From an uncultured Clostridia bacterium (GTDB lineage: Bacteria; Bacillota; Clostridia; Peptostreptococcales; Anaerovoracaceae), in NCBI GenBank assembly GCA_934255545.1, contig CAKQOE010000003.1:24813-88812 (forward strand): a stretch of DNA of 64,000 nt, written 5' to 3'. This document shows positions 55,603 through 64,000 of this stretch, piece by piece; position 1 is the stretch's first letter; every line of letters begins with the position of its first letter. The translations under genes were made by a program, and so were the position numbers. The notes under the pieces were generated by a model. The model made no database searches and was not told the DNA's origin. It worked only from the letters and a program-made list of their open reading frames with translations.

Positions 55603-57966
55603 ATGCTGAATGAAAGACTCACTCGTATGAGAGAAAAATACTTTAATACTATCCCGGCTATAACGGCCGAGCGTCTGGTGCTCGCTACAGAAGCATATCA
55701 GAAATTTGCAGGCGATGTTGCGCCGGTATTCCGCGCAAAGATAGCAAAGTACGTTATGGAGCGCATGACTACGCTGATCATGGAAGATGAGCTTATAGTA
55801 GGTACGCCTACAAATACATACCGCGGAGCAAATCTGTTTCCTGAGTACACGTCAAGCTCATGGCTCATATCAGACATCGATGAGTTTCCGGTAAGAAAGA
55901 CAGACCCTTACCGCATCAGCCCGGAGGACCGCGAAGCTATACTTGAAACACTCAAGTACTGGGAAGGCAAGGCAATAGAGGACATGGCGCCTGAGATCCT
56001 GCCTGATTACATAGAAAACGCGCGTCAGAAGGACCTTATCTCAGTAGGCTGCAGAAACGGCGTTTCAGGAGAAACGACACCTAATCATAAAAAATTCCTC
56101 GAGATCGGCCTTAAGGGATTCATGAAGGAATGCCGTGAAAATATTGACCGCGTAAAGGGCGGTACAAAAGAAAAACAGGAAAAGGTGGATTTCTGGAGAG
56201 CATGCATAATATTCTGCGAGGGCCTTATAACATACGCTCACAGAATGGCAGACGAAGCAGAACGCCAGGCGTCTGAGTGTGAAGATCCAAAGAGAAAGCA
56301 GGAGCTGCTGACTATAGCTGAAAACTGCAGAGTAGTTCCTGAAAACCCGCCGCAGAACTTCTGGCAGGCGCTTCAGATGATCTGGTTCATACAGGTAGCG
56401 TTCCATATAGAAGCACCGACTACAGCATGCGGCTTCGGAAGATTCGACCAGTATATGTATCCTGCATTCAAGGCTGATCTCGACAGCGGCGCCATAAACG
56501 ACGACAGCGCGCTCGAACTTCTTGAATGCTTCTACCTCAAGTGCTGCGAAGTATATGAAGTCCGCGACAAGTGGTACGCGAAATCATTCGCAGGCTACCC
56601 GATGTGGGAAATACTCGTAGTAGGCGGCCAGACACCTGACGGCAAGGACGCAAGTAATGAGCTCTCATACCTCTGCCTCGATGCAGCCGCAGATCTGCAG
56701 ACTACACAGCCTGTACTCGCAGTAAGAGTATTTGAGGGCACACCTGAGCCTCTTATCAGAAAAGGCGCTGAAATGATCCAGCAGGGCATGGCTAATCCGG
56801 GATTCTTTAACGACGAGGCAGCTATAAAGATGACGCTCGGTAAGGGCTGCACTATGGAGGAAGCGAGAGACTGGACTATAGTAGGCTGCATACAGCCGGG
56901 ACCGGGAGGCGGCACTACAGACGGTTCGCCTGACGCAGGCTACGTAAACGCCCCTAAGGTACTTGAGCTTGTTCTCCATAACGGTATCGACCCGGCGACG
57001 GGTGAAAGGCTTGGACTTGAAACAGGAGATCCGAGAGATTTCAAGACATTTGAAGATCTCGTAGAAGCTCTTAAAAAGCAGCTTGTTTACTGCTACAGGA
57101 TGATAAAGGACGGATACGACCTTATGGTCCCTTACCACAGCGTAAACTACCCTGTAATATTCGCTTCCATGGCTATGCAGGGCTGCGTTGAGTCAGGAAA
57201 GTCAGTCCAGGAGGGCGGCGCGAAGTACACTACTGCAGGGATGTTCATAACAGGTGCAGCAAACCTCGGCGACTCTCTGACAGCTATAGAAGACCTTGTA
57301 TACAACAAGAAAAAGATAACGATGGACGAGCTCATAAAAGCGCTCGACAAGAATTTCGAAGGCGAAGAACGTATGCGCCAGATGCTCATAAACGAGCCTC
57401 CTAAGTACGGAAACGACGACCCGCACGCAGACGCGATGGTACGCGACCTCCTGAAGTTCTGCGCGGACACAGTTCAGGAATGGGAAGACTCAAGAGGCGG
57501 ACATTACTCATTCAGTAATCTGTCACAGACGGTAAATATCTCACACGGCGAAGTGTGCGGAGCTACACCTGACGGACGTCTTGCAGGCGAGCCTTACTGT
57601 GACAATGCTTCGCCGACTATGGGACGTGACCTCAACGGCCCTACAGCTACGGTAAAATCAGTAGCTGCCATAGACCAGAGCAACTTCCATGACGGCGCGC
57701 TCTTCAATCTGAGATTCGACCCTAAGGGCATCCAGGGCGAAAAGGGCATTCAGATAATCGAGGGAGTTATAAAGACATACTTCGAAAACGGCGGCGAACA
57801 CATACAGATAAATGTCGTTGACGATGAAACGCTCAAAAAGGCGCAGCAGAAGCCTGAAGACTACAGAGGCCTTATGGTCCGTGTAGCCGGTTACATGGCT
57901 TACTTCACAGAACTCGACAAGGCGGCGCAGGACACTATCATATACAGAACTGCGCACCTTAAGTAA
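55603..57966 (+). CDS. glycyl radical enzyme of unknown specificity (787 aa) with non-canonical Cys loop
   Basis: Gly radical motif VRVAGYMAYFTEL (Gly763). Cys loop VGC429IQ431PGPGG has Gln where eliminase-type GREs have Glu. The N-terminus resembles GDH/HypD-type GREs. Confidence 0.8.
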   Translation: MLNERLTRMREKYFNTIPAITAERLVLATEAYQKFAGDVAPVFRAKIAKYVMERMTTLIMEDELIVGTPTNTYRGANLFPEYTSSSWLISDIDEFPVRKTDPYRISPEDREAILETLKYWEGKAIEDMAPEILPDYIENARQKDLISVGCRNGVSGETTPNHKKFLEIGLKGFMKECRENIDRVKGGTKEKQEKVDFWRACIIFCEGLITYAHRMADEAERQASECEDPKRKQELLTIAENCRVVPENPPQNFWQALQMIWFIQVAFHIEAPTTACGFGRFDQYMYPAFKADLDSGAINDDSALELLECFYLKCCEVYEVRDKWYAKSFAGYPMWEILVVGGQTPDGKDASNELSYLCLDAAADLQTTQPVLAVRVFEGTPEPLIRKGAEMIQQGMANPGFFNDEAAIKMTLGKGCTMEEARDWTIVGCIQPGPGGGTTDGSPDAGYVNAPKVLELVLHNGIDPATGERLGLETGDPRDFKTFEDLVEALKKQLVYCYRMIKDGYDLMVPYHSVNYPVIFASMAMQGCVESGKSVQEGGAKYTTAGMFITGAANLGDSLTAIEDLVYNKKKITMDELIKALDKNFEGEERMRQMLINEPPKYGNDDPHADAMVRDLLKFCADTVQEWEDSRGGHYSFSNLSQTVNISHGEVCGATPDGRLAGEPYCDNASPTMGRDLNGPTATVKSVAAIDQSNFHDGALFNLRFDPKGIQGEKGIQIIEGVIKTYFENGGEHIQINVVDDETLKKAQQKPEDYRGLMVRVAGYMAYFTELDKAAQDTIIYRTAHLK

Positions 57967-58901
57967 TGCAGGGCGGGGTGCTCACGGCTCCGGTAGGCGG
58001 CATACAGAAATTCTCTACAGAAGACGGTCCCGGCATAAGGACGACCGTCTTTCTGAAGGGCTGTCCGCTGAACTGCCGCTGGTGTCATAACCCGGAGCTC
58101 ATAAAATACCTTCAGCAGCTCATAAGGATGCCGAACAGCTGCATAAAGTGCGGCAGCTGCATAGAAGAATGCCCGCAGAAAGCGATATTCGTAAACAGCG
58201 AGGGCGAGATAGATATAGACAGAGAAAAATGCGATGTCTGTCTTAAATGCACAGAAACATGCTATGCAAAAGCGCTTCAGCCTGTAGCCGATATGATGAC
58301 TGCAGAGCAGGTCATGAAAACAGTAGAGCAGGACAGCCAGTTCTACAGGCACACAGGCGGCGGCATGACTGTCAGCGGCGGAGAGATGCTGACACATGCG
58401 CGTTTCGTAGCAGAGCTTATAGACGAAGCCGCAGCGCGCGGAATAAACGTCTGTCTCGATACATCCGGCTGCGGAAGCGGCGATGACCTTGAAAGGCTTG
58501 CATCACGTGAAAATGTGACTGATATCCTGTACGACATGAAATGCATAGATGAAGAAATACACAGATCAGCAACAGGAAGAAGCAATGATATAATACTCGA
58601 AAATCTCAGACGCCTGGCGTCTGACGAAACGCTTCGCGCAAAGCTTCAGATGCGCATGCCGCTCATAAAGGGGCTTAACGATGACTGGAGCCTGATAGAG
58701 CGCACGGCTGAGCTTTACAGGGAACTCGGTATAAAGCGCGTAACGCTCCTGCCGTATCACAGCCTCGGCCTCATAAAAGAAAAACACCTCGGAGGCGAGC
58801 AGACAGAGTTTGAGCCGCCGGACGACGAGTACGTTGACAGGATAAAGAGCTTTTTTGAAGAGGAATGCGGCATGGAGGCTGAGATACTCGGCAAGCTTTA
58901 A
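57966..58901 (+). CDS. glycyl-radical enzyme activating enzyme (for GRE 2)
   Basis: CPLNCRWCHNPE radical SAM motif plus CIKCGSCIEECP and CDVCLKCTETC auxiliary clusters. Start overlaps the GRE stop by 1 nt. Confidence 0.8.
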   Translation: MQGGVLTAPVGGIQKFSTEDGPGIRTTVFLKGCPLNCRWCHNPELIKYLQQLIRMPNSCIKCGSCIEECPQKAIFVNSEGEIDIDREKCDVCLKCTETCYAKALQPVADMMTAEQVMKTVEQDSQFYRHTGGGMTVSGGEMLTHARFVAELIDEAAARGINVCLDTSGCGSGDDLERLASRENVTDILYDMKCIDEEIHRSATGRSNDIILENLRRLASDETLRAKLQMRMPLIKGLNDDWSLIERTAELYRELGIKRVTLLPYHSLGLIKEKHLGGEQTEFEPPDDEYVDRIKSFFEEECGMEAEILGKL

Positions 58902-59131
58902 GCGCGCATTGTATGTGCGCAGCGCGGCCTCAGCCGCAAGATGCATGTGCGGTGACGCACACGAAGATAAAAACTTGTTATTGAAATATTTTACATAAAT
59001 CAAATTTGATGGACATTCAGGCGGTGACGAATTTTTTACCGATTAATACTGTATTTTTATACTAAATCCGTCTGTTTTTACCATATATAAAGTTATAATC
59101 CGTTATATTTATCTAAGGAAGGAAAGATATT

Positions 59132-60634
59132 ATGAGCAAGGATTCAGGTGAATCAAAAGAAAACAACTCGCTCAAGCGCAGACTGACGTCACGCCACCTT
59201 TCAATGATCGCCATAGGCGGTTCGATCGGTACGGGACTCTTCCTCGCGATGGGCGGAACTATACGTGACGCGGGCCCCGGCGGCGCGATGGTAGCGTATA
59301 TGATAATGGGAGCAGTAGTATTCTGCATGATGACTGCACTCGGCGAAATGGCTACAAAGCTGCCTATACCGGGAGCGTTCACATCATACGCAAACAGATT
59401 CATAGATCCTGCGTGGGGATTTACAAACGGCTGGGCTTACTGGTTCGGCTCATCAATGACAGTTGCGGCAGAGCTCATAGCCGGAGCCATAATCATAAAA
59501 TACTGGTTCCCGGGAACTAACTCATCGCTGTGGGCAATGCTGTTCCTTGCAGCGCTGCTCGCTATAAACCTGTTCTCGGTAAAGGGCTTCGGAGAAGCCG
59601 AGTTCTGGTTTGCAGGCATTAAGGTAGTCGTAACTATCATATTCCTCATCGTAGGCGTTCTTATGATCGTAGGCATCATGCACAGCGGCGAGGAAGCAGG
59701 ATTCCACAACTGGGTGCTCGATGGCGGCGAAGCCGGAAAAGCACCGTTCATAAACGGCATCGGAGGTATCATAGGGATATTCATGGTAGCGGCCTTCTCG
59801 TTCTCAAATACAGAGCTCGTAGGTCTGAGCGCCGCTGAGGCAGAAAATCCAAGCAGAGACGTTCCAAAGGCTATAAACAGCGTATTCTGGAGGATCATGA
59901 TATTCTACCTCGGTACTATATTCGTTATAGCTACACTCATCCCGTTCACAGAGCCTTCACTGCTCAGCGCTGCAGAAGACAACGTAGCAGCTTCACCGTT
60001 CACTATCATATTCAGAAACGCAGGCTTTGCGGCAGCAGCTTCTGTGATGAACGCAGTTATCCTCACATCAGTTCTTTCGTGCGGTAATTCTTCATTATAC
60101 GCAGCATCAAGAACACTTCAGCATATGGCTGAAAAGGGAGACGCGCCTAAGTTTTTCGCAAAGATCAGCAGCCACGGCGTTCCTGTAAGAGCCGTACTCG
60201 CTACTTCTATCATAGCAGCTTCAGCGTTCGGCGCCTCACTTATAGGCGACGGCAGAGCTTATACTGCAGCTTACTACCTGTGCGGTATCGCAGGCATATA
60301 CAACTGGCTGACTATCAGCGTTGCACACTATAAGTTCAGAAAAGGCTGGGTAAAGCAGGGACATTCACTCAATGAACTCGAATACAAGTCACCGTTCTTC
60401 CCTTACGGTTCGTGGTTCTGCATCATCATATGCATTATCATATGCTTCGGCGCGAACTGGTGGGTATTTACGGACTTCAACTGGTTCGACTTCCTCACAT
60501 GCTATGCCATCATCCCGCTTTCAATAGTCATGTTCTTCGTTTACAAGCACGTAAAGAAGACAAAGTGGGTAAGATACGAGGATATGGACTTCACACCGCC
60601 TGAGGGTGTTACTCGCAAAGACATATCAGCATAA
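59132..60634 (+). CDS. APC-superfamily amino acid permease (LysP/AroP-like)
   Basis: 500 aa, 12 TM. SRHLSMIAIGGSIGTGLFLAMG signature. RBS AAGGAAGGAAAG. Confidence 0.75.
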   Translation: MSKDSGESKENNSLKRRLTSRHLSMIAIGGSIGTGLFLAMGGTIRDAGPGGAMVAYMIMGAVVFCMMTALGEMATKLPIPGAFTSYANRFIDPAWGFTNGWAYWFGSSMTVAAELIAGAIIIKYWFPGTNSSLWAMLFLAALLAINLFSVKGFGEAEFWFAGIKVVVTIIFLIVGVLMIVGIMHSGEEAGFHNWVLDGGEAGKAPFINGIGGIIGIFMVAAFSFSNTELVGLSAAEAENPSRDVPKAINSVFWRIMIFYLGTIFVIATLIPFTEPSLLSAAEDNVAASPFTIIFRNAGFAAAASVMNAVILTSVLSCGNSSLYAASRTLQHMAEKGDAPKFFAKISSHGVPVRAVLATSIIAASAFGASLIGDGRAYTAAYYLCGIAGIYNWLTISVAHYKFRKGWVKQGHSLNELEYKSPFFPYGSWFCIIICIIICFGANWWVFTDFNWFDFLTCYAIIPLSIVMFFVYKHVKKTKWVRYEDMDFTPPEGVTRKDISA

Positions 60635-60933
60635 TATATAAGCAAAGTAATAAATACCCATATATGTCAGTAAGCTGCGCTCACGCGCAGAACAAGCTGA
60701 CGACGCGCCCGGCGCGTCAACAGGACCTGCAGCCGTTGCTTTCTGCGGTTATGAGCAGCCGCTGCAGGTCTCCTTCTCCAGCCCCACCCCCCCCGCCCCA
60801 AAAAAGCGAGAAACAAAAAACAAACCAAAAACAAACAAAACACAACACAAAAACGCGCCGTCCATCCGGACCGCGCGTTTTTCCACACCCTGAAATCAAA
60901 ACTACAGGACGCCTGAGTATTTAAAGCGTCTTT

Positions 60934-61980
60934 TTATTTATCACTTTTTCTGCTTGAAGCGACCTCCATATAAACAGAACTCAAAAGCACAAGCCCGGCC
61001 CCGATCCAGCCTGCGGCTCCCATAGCTTCATTGAGCAGTATGACAGATATGACACAGCCTGAAGCAGGTTCCATGGCAAATATAACGCCTGCGCGGTTAG
61101 CCGGGACATACTGCTGGCAGACGGACTGCAGCAGGAAAGCAGCAGCGCTGCAGAAAAGCCCCAGGAACACTATAGTTCCGAGATGGAGCGGAGTTATATG
61201 TATATCGCTGAACGATCCGGTAAACAGAGCAGCCGCCGACGTCCACAACGCGACAAACGCCATGAGCAGCGTCGTAAACAGCATAGGATCAAAATCATTT
61301 TCAGCCGGAGCTTTATCATGCTCGCCGTCAGCAGCCTTCACGTCAGATCCGCTGCCGCGCGATATCCTGTCAAGAAATATTATATGAAGCGATCCGGCAA
61401 CGGAGGCCACCATGCACAGCAGATCGCCGGCATTCAGCGCAAGCCCGGCCATGCCCGGCGTATAGCTTAAAAGAAGCACGCCGACAAAGCATATTATGAT
61501 ACTGCGCGCTATGATCCCGTTTATCTTTACCTTAAACAGTATCCTGTTTATGATCGGCACGAAAACGAACGTCAGACACGTAAAAAACGATGCGCGCGCC
61601 GATATAGTGTACTTTATGCCTATAGTAGAAAAAACGTACATGCCGGTTATGAAAAACGACAGCATGAAAGCCTGTTTTATGACTTTGAGATTTATACGCG
61701 CGAGATTCCTGTGAAACACAACTGCCAGTACAGCCGCGGCCACGAGAAACCTTACCGGAAGTATAAAAAACGTAGGCTGGTCCTCGACTATCTTTGTAGC
61801 CGGGTAGCTAACGCCCCATAAAAGCGCCGCGATAAATATCCCGGCCGCGCCTAAAAGCTCCTTTTTATCAGCAATGCGGCCGTTTTTTCCGGCTCCGCCC
61901 TTACTGCCGCCGGCGGCAGCGCTCTGATGTATATTATTAGTATTCTTTTCCATGATCCTTCCTCTTTTTATTAAAAACAC
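60934..61980 (-). CDS. EamA/DMT-family transporter
   Basis: 348 aa, roughly 10 TM with duplicated EamA-like halves. Confidence 0.55.
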   Translation of the reverse strand: MFLIKRGRIMEKNTNNIHQSAAAGGSKGGAGKNGRIADKKELLGAAGIFIAALLWGVSYPATKIVEDQPTFFILPVRFLVAAAVLAVVFHRNLARINLKVIKQAFMLSFFITGMYVFSTIGIKYTISARASFFTCLTFVFVPIINRILFKVKINGIIARSIIICFVGVLLLSYTPGMAGLALNAGDLLCMVASVAGSLHIIFLDRISRGSGSDVKAADGEHDKAPAENDFDPMLFTTLLMAFVALWTSAAALFTGSFSDIHITPLHLGTIVFLGLFCSAAAFLLQSVCQQYVPANRAGVIFAMEPASGCVISVILLNEAMGAAGWIGAGLVLLSSVYMEVASSRKSDK

Positions 61981-62368
61981 AACATACTATTATATATCAA
62001 AAATATGCAAGTGAAAATATTTATGTGACAGACTTGCGGCTGAAATAACTGCACATAAAAAATATACAGCAGCAAAAATATATGATGTAAGCATGAGCGC
62101 GCATAACAAAACCGTTTGCGATAGAAAAGCTCAGAAAATGCATGGCTGATCTTGTGCGCCGATGGTGATTGACTCAGCAGTACAGGAATGGTATCATTTT
62201 CTAGAAATAAATAATATGATATGATATTTTGCAGGCGTCACCGCCTGTGCGAAACCGGCCGGAAGCGACCGCTCAATATGGTATGCGCCATACATCGTGG
62301 GCGGTCGTTTCTGCGCAGCCGTTTAAATGCAGAAAATATATAAAATATGTAAAGGAAATAAAAAAATT

Positions 62369-63253
62369 ATGGGAAATAATATAAAAACTGTAAAGCTTCC
62401 CGACGGAAGCGAGATGCCGAAACTCGGACAGGGCACATGGCAGATGGCGGAAGACGATGCAAAAATGGAAAGAGAGATAGCCGGTCTGCGCCACGGCATA
62501 GAGCTCGGCATCCGCATGATAGACACAGCGGAGATGTACGCAGAAGGCAAGGCGGAAAGCCTCGCGGGCGACGCTATAAAGGGTCTGGACCGCAGCGAGC
62601 TTTATATAGTCAGCAAGGTCTATCCGCAGAACGCCAATAAAAAGCATATGTTCAGCAGCCTTGAGCGCAGCCTTAAGCTGCTCGGAACAGACTATCTGGA
62701 TATGTACCTGCTCCACTGGCGCGAGGACGCTGACCTCGCGGAAATGGTCTGGTGCATGGAAAAGCTTAAGGATGAGGGCAAGATAAAGCGCTGGGGCGTG
62801 TCTAACTTTGATGTGGCAGACATGGAGGACCTGTGGAAGGTGCCTGACGGCCACCGCTGCGTTATGAACCAGGTGCTTTATAACCTCGGAACGCGCGGTA
62901 TAGAGTACGACCTTATCCCGTGGCAGCGCGAGCACGGCGTGCCGTTTACAGCGTACAGCCCTGTAGGCCAGGCGGGCGCGCTCGTAACGCAGGACGGCGT
63001 ATCAAAAGCGCAGATGATGAGCGATAAAAACGTAAACGAAGTAGCTGCGCGCCTCGGCGTGTCAGTAGTCCAGCTCCTGCTGGCGTTTTCTATGCGTTTT
63101 GATGATTTTGCGTCTATCCCTAAGGCAGTGGGATTCGATCACATAGACGAAAACGCAGCAGCGCTTGACATCGCTCTGAGCGATGCAGATATAGAACAGC
63201 TTTCAGCTTCATTTCCGGCGCCTTTGAAGAAGATCGAGATAGAAAAGTATTAA
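62369..63253 (+). CDS. aldo/keto reductase
   Basis: GQGTWQMAED, IDTAEMY and the Lys/His catalytic tetrad context (LLHWRE). Start set to the Met with upstream RBS. The track ORF begins at 62327. Confidence 0.7.
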   Translation: MGNNIKTVKLPDGSEMPKLGQGTWQMAEDDAKMEREIAGLRHGIELGIRMIDTAEMYAEGKAESLAGDAIKGLDRSELYIVSKVYPQNANKKHMFSSLERSLKLLGTDYLDMYLLHWREDADLAEMVWCMEKLKDEGKIKRWGVSNFDVADMEDLWKVPDGHRCVMNQVLYNLGTRGIEYDLIPWQREHGVPFTAYSPVGQAGALVTQDGVSKAQMMSDKNVNEVAARLGVSVVQLLLAFSMRFDDFASIPKAVGFDHIDENAAALDIALSDADIEQLSASFPAPLKKIEIEKY

Positions 63254-63329
63254 TATAATGTTAAAATGCAGGGCGCCCGCTCAAATGGGCGTCTTTTGCA
63301 ATAAATGGATGATAAAAAAGAGTGAAATT

Positions 63330-64000
63330 ATGAAGACTGTAATATACTTTCTGACAACTATAATAGCAACGTCCGCCGGCGGCGTAAGTGGCATGGGCGG
63401 CGGTATAATCATAAAGCCGGTGCTTGATCTTATGGGCGATTTTACGCCGCAGACCATAGGCGTGATGTCGGCGACAACAGTATTTGTGATGTCGCTCGTT
63501 TCAACGTGGAGAAATATACGAAACGGCATAGAGATAAAAAAGGATGTAGCGGTCACAGTCGCGCTCGGATCGGTGGCCGGAGGCCTCGCAGGGCAGAAGA
63601 TATTTTCCGTTATCGCGTCAAACGCCCCGGACAGCGCATTCGTCATAAGGATGCAGAATATCATACTTTTTATAGTGGTCATGTCCATACTGCTGTACAT
63701 GAAAAATAAAGACCGCATCACGTCGCGCGATTTAAAGGGCGCAGTGCCTGTATTCACGTCAGGGCTGGCACTCGGCATGATCGCGTCATTTCTCGGCATA
63801 GGCGGCGGCCCGCTGAACGTCGTGATATTCATATACCTCTTCTCATACAGCTCAAGATCGGCAGCAGCCTGCTCGCTTATAACAGTGCTTTTCTCACAGT
63901 TCTCAAAGCTGACGCTGGCAGCCGCCGGAGGCGATTTCGCAGGCGTAAACTGGGCGATCCTCGGCCCTATGCTCATAGCAGGAGTAGCCGGAGGCTTCAT
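63330..64000 (+). CDS. TSUP-family (TauE/SafE-like) membrane permease, 3' truncated by window end
   Basis: ATG at 63330. The translation is hydrophobic and Gly-rich (GGVSGMGGGIIIKPVLDL ... FLGIGGGPLNVVIFIY) with two TSUP-type repeats. No stop before the window end, so it is absent from the complete-ORF track. Confidence 0.6.
   Translation, partial: MKTVIYFLTTIIATSAGGVSGMGGGIIIKPVLDLMGDFTPQTIGVMSATTVFVMSLVSTWRNIRNGIEIKKDVAVTVALGSVAGGLAGQKIFSVIASNAPDSAFVIRMQNIILFIVVMSILLYMKNKDRITSRDLKGAVPVFTSGLALGMIASFLGIGGGPLNVVIFIYLFSYSSRSAAACSLITVLFSQFSKLTLAAAGGDFAGVNWAILGPMLIAGVAGGF

Overview
This window is a low-to-moderate GC chromosome segment typical of an anaerobic Firmicutes/Clostridia gut organism; no taxon can be assigned from sequence alone.

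The centrepiece is a complete glycyl-radical bacterial microcompartment locus at about 12.3-28.5 kb. It contains a transporter, BMC-H, BMC-T and BMC-P shell genes, two acylating aldehyde dehydrogenases, a glycyl radical enzyme (GRE) with its activase, PduL, PduS, EutJ, EutQ, and PduU/PduV homologues. The GRE carries the active-site fingerprint of choline trimethylamine-lyase CutC, so this looks like a GRM1-type choline-utilisation locus. A second pduU-pduV pair sits as a satellite under a MerR/GyrI-like regulator just upstream.

At 55.6-58.9 kb there is a second, solitary GRE with its own activase. Its Cys loop is non-canonical, reading C-I-Q rather than C-x-E. It is preceded by a roughly 400 nt leader that ends in an intrinsic terminator. 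Its function is unknown, and it is the best candidate for novelty in the window.

Other content, in order:
- a LytTR/AgrC-like two-component pair at the window start;
- a DAACS symporter;
- a bifunctional homocysteine methyltransferase/MTHFR;
- a paired SMR exporter;
- three SLH-domain surface proteins: a PHP/CehA-like metallohydrolase, a TPTTP-repeat protein whose promoter spacer holds a G9 tract, and a 2717-aa giant with phosphodiester-glycosidase, metallophosphoesterase and CotH domains;
- a flavodiiron-rubredoxin-NROR fusion with a flavodoxin-like partner;
- a DUF1703-type AAA-ATPase/PD-(D/E)XK gene bracketed by similar hairpin repeats;
- queD-queE-folE-queF with no queC;
- a choloylglycine-hydrolase family gene and a CCG-domain Fe-S protein;
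- an APC amino-acid permease, an EamA transporter, an aldo/keto reductase, and a partial TSUP permease running off the window end that is missing from the ORF track.

A family of GC-rich palindromic hairpins (GCGCGC-N-GCGCGC) recurs in many intergenic 3' regions. I found no CRISPR array, tRNA, rRNA or transposase.
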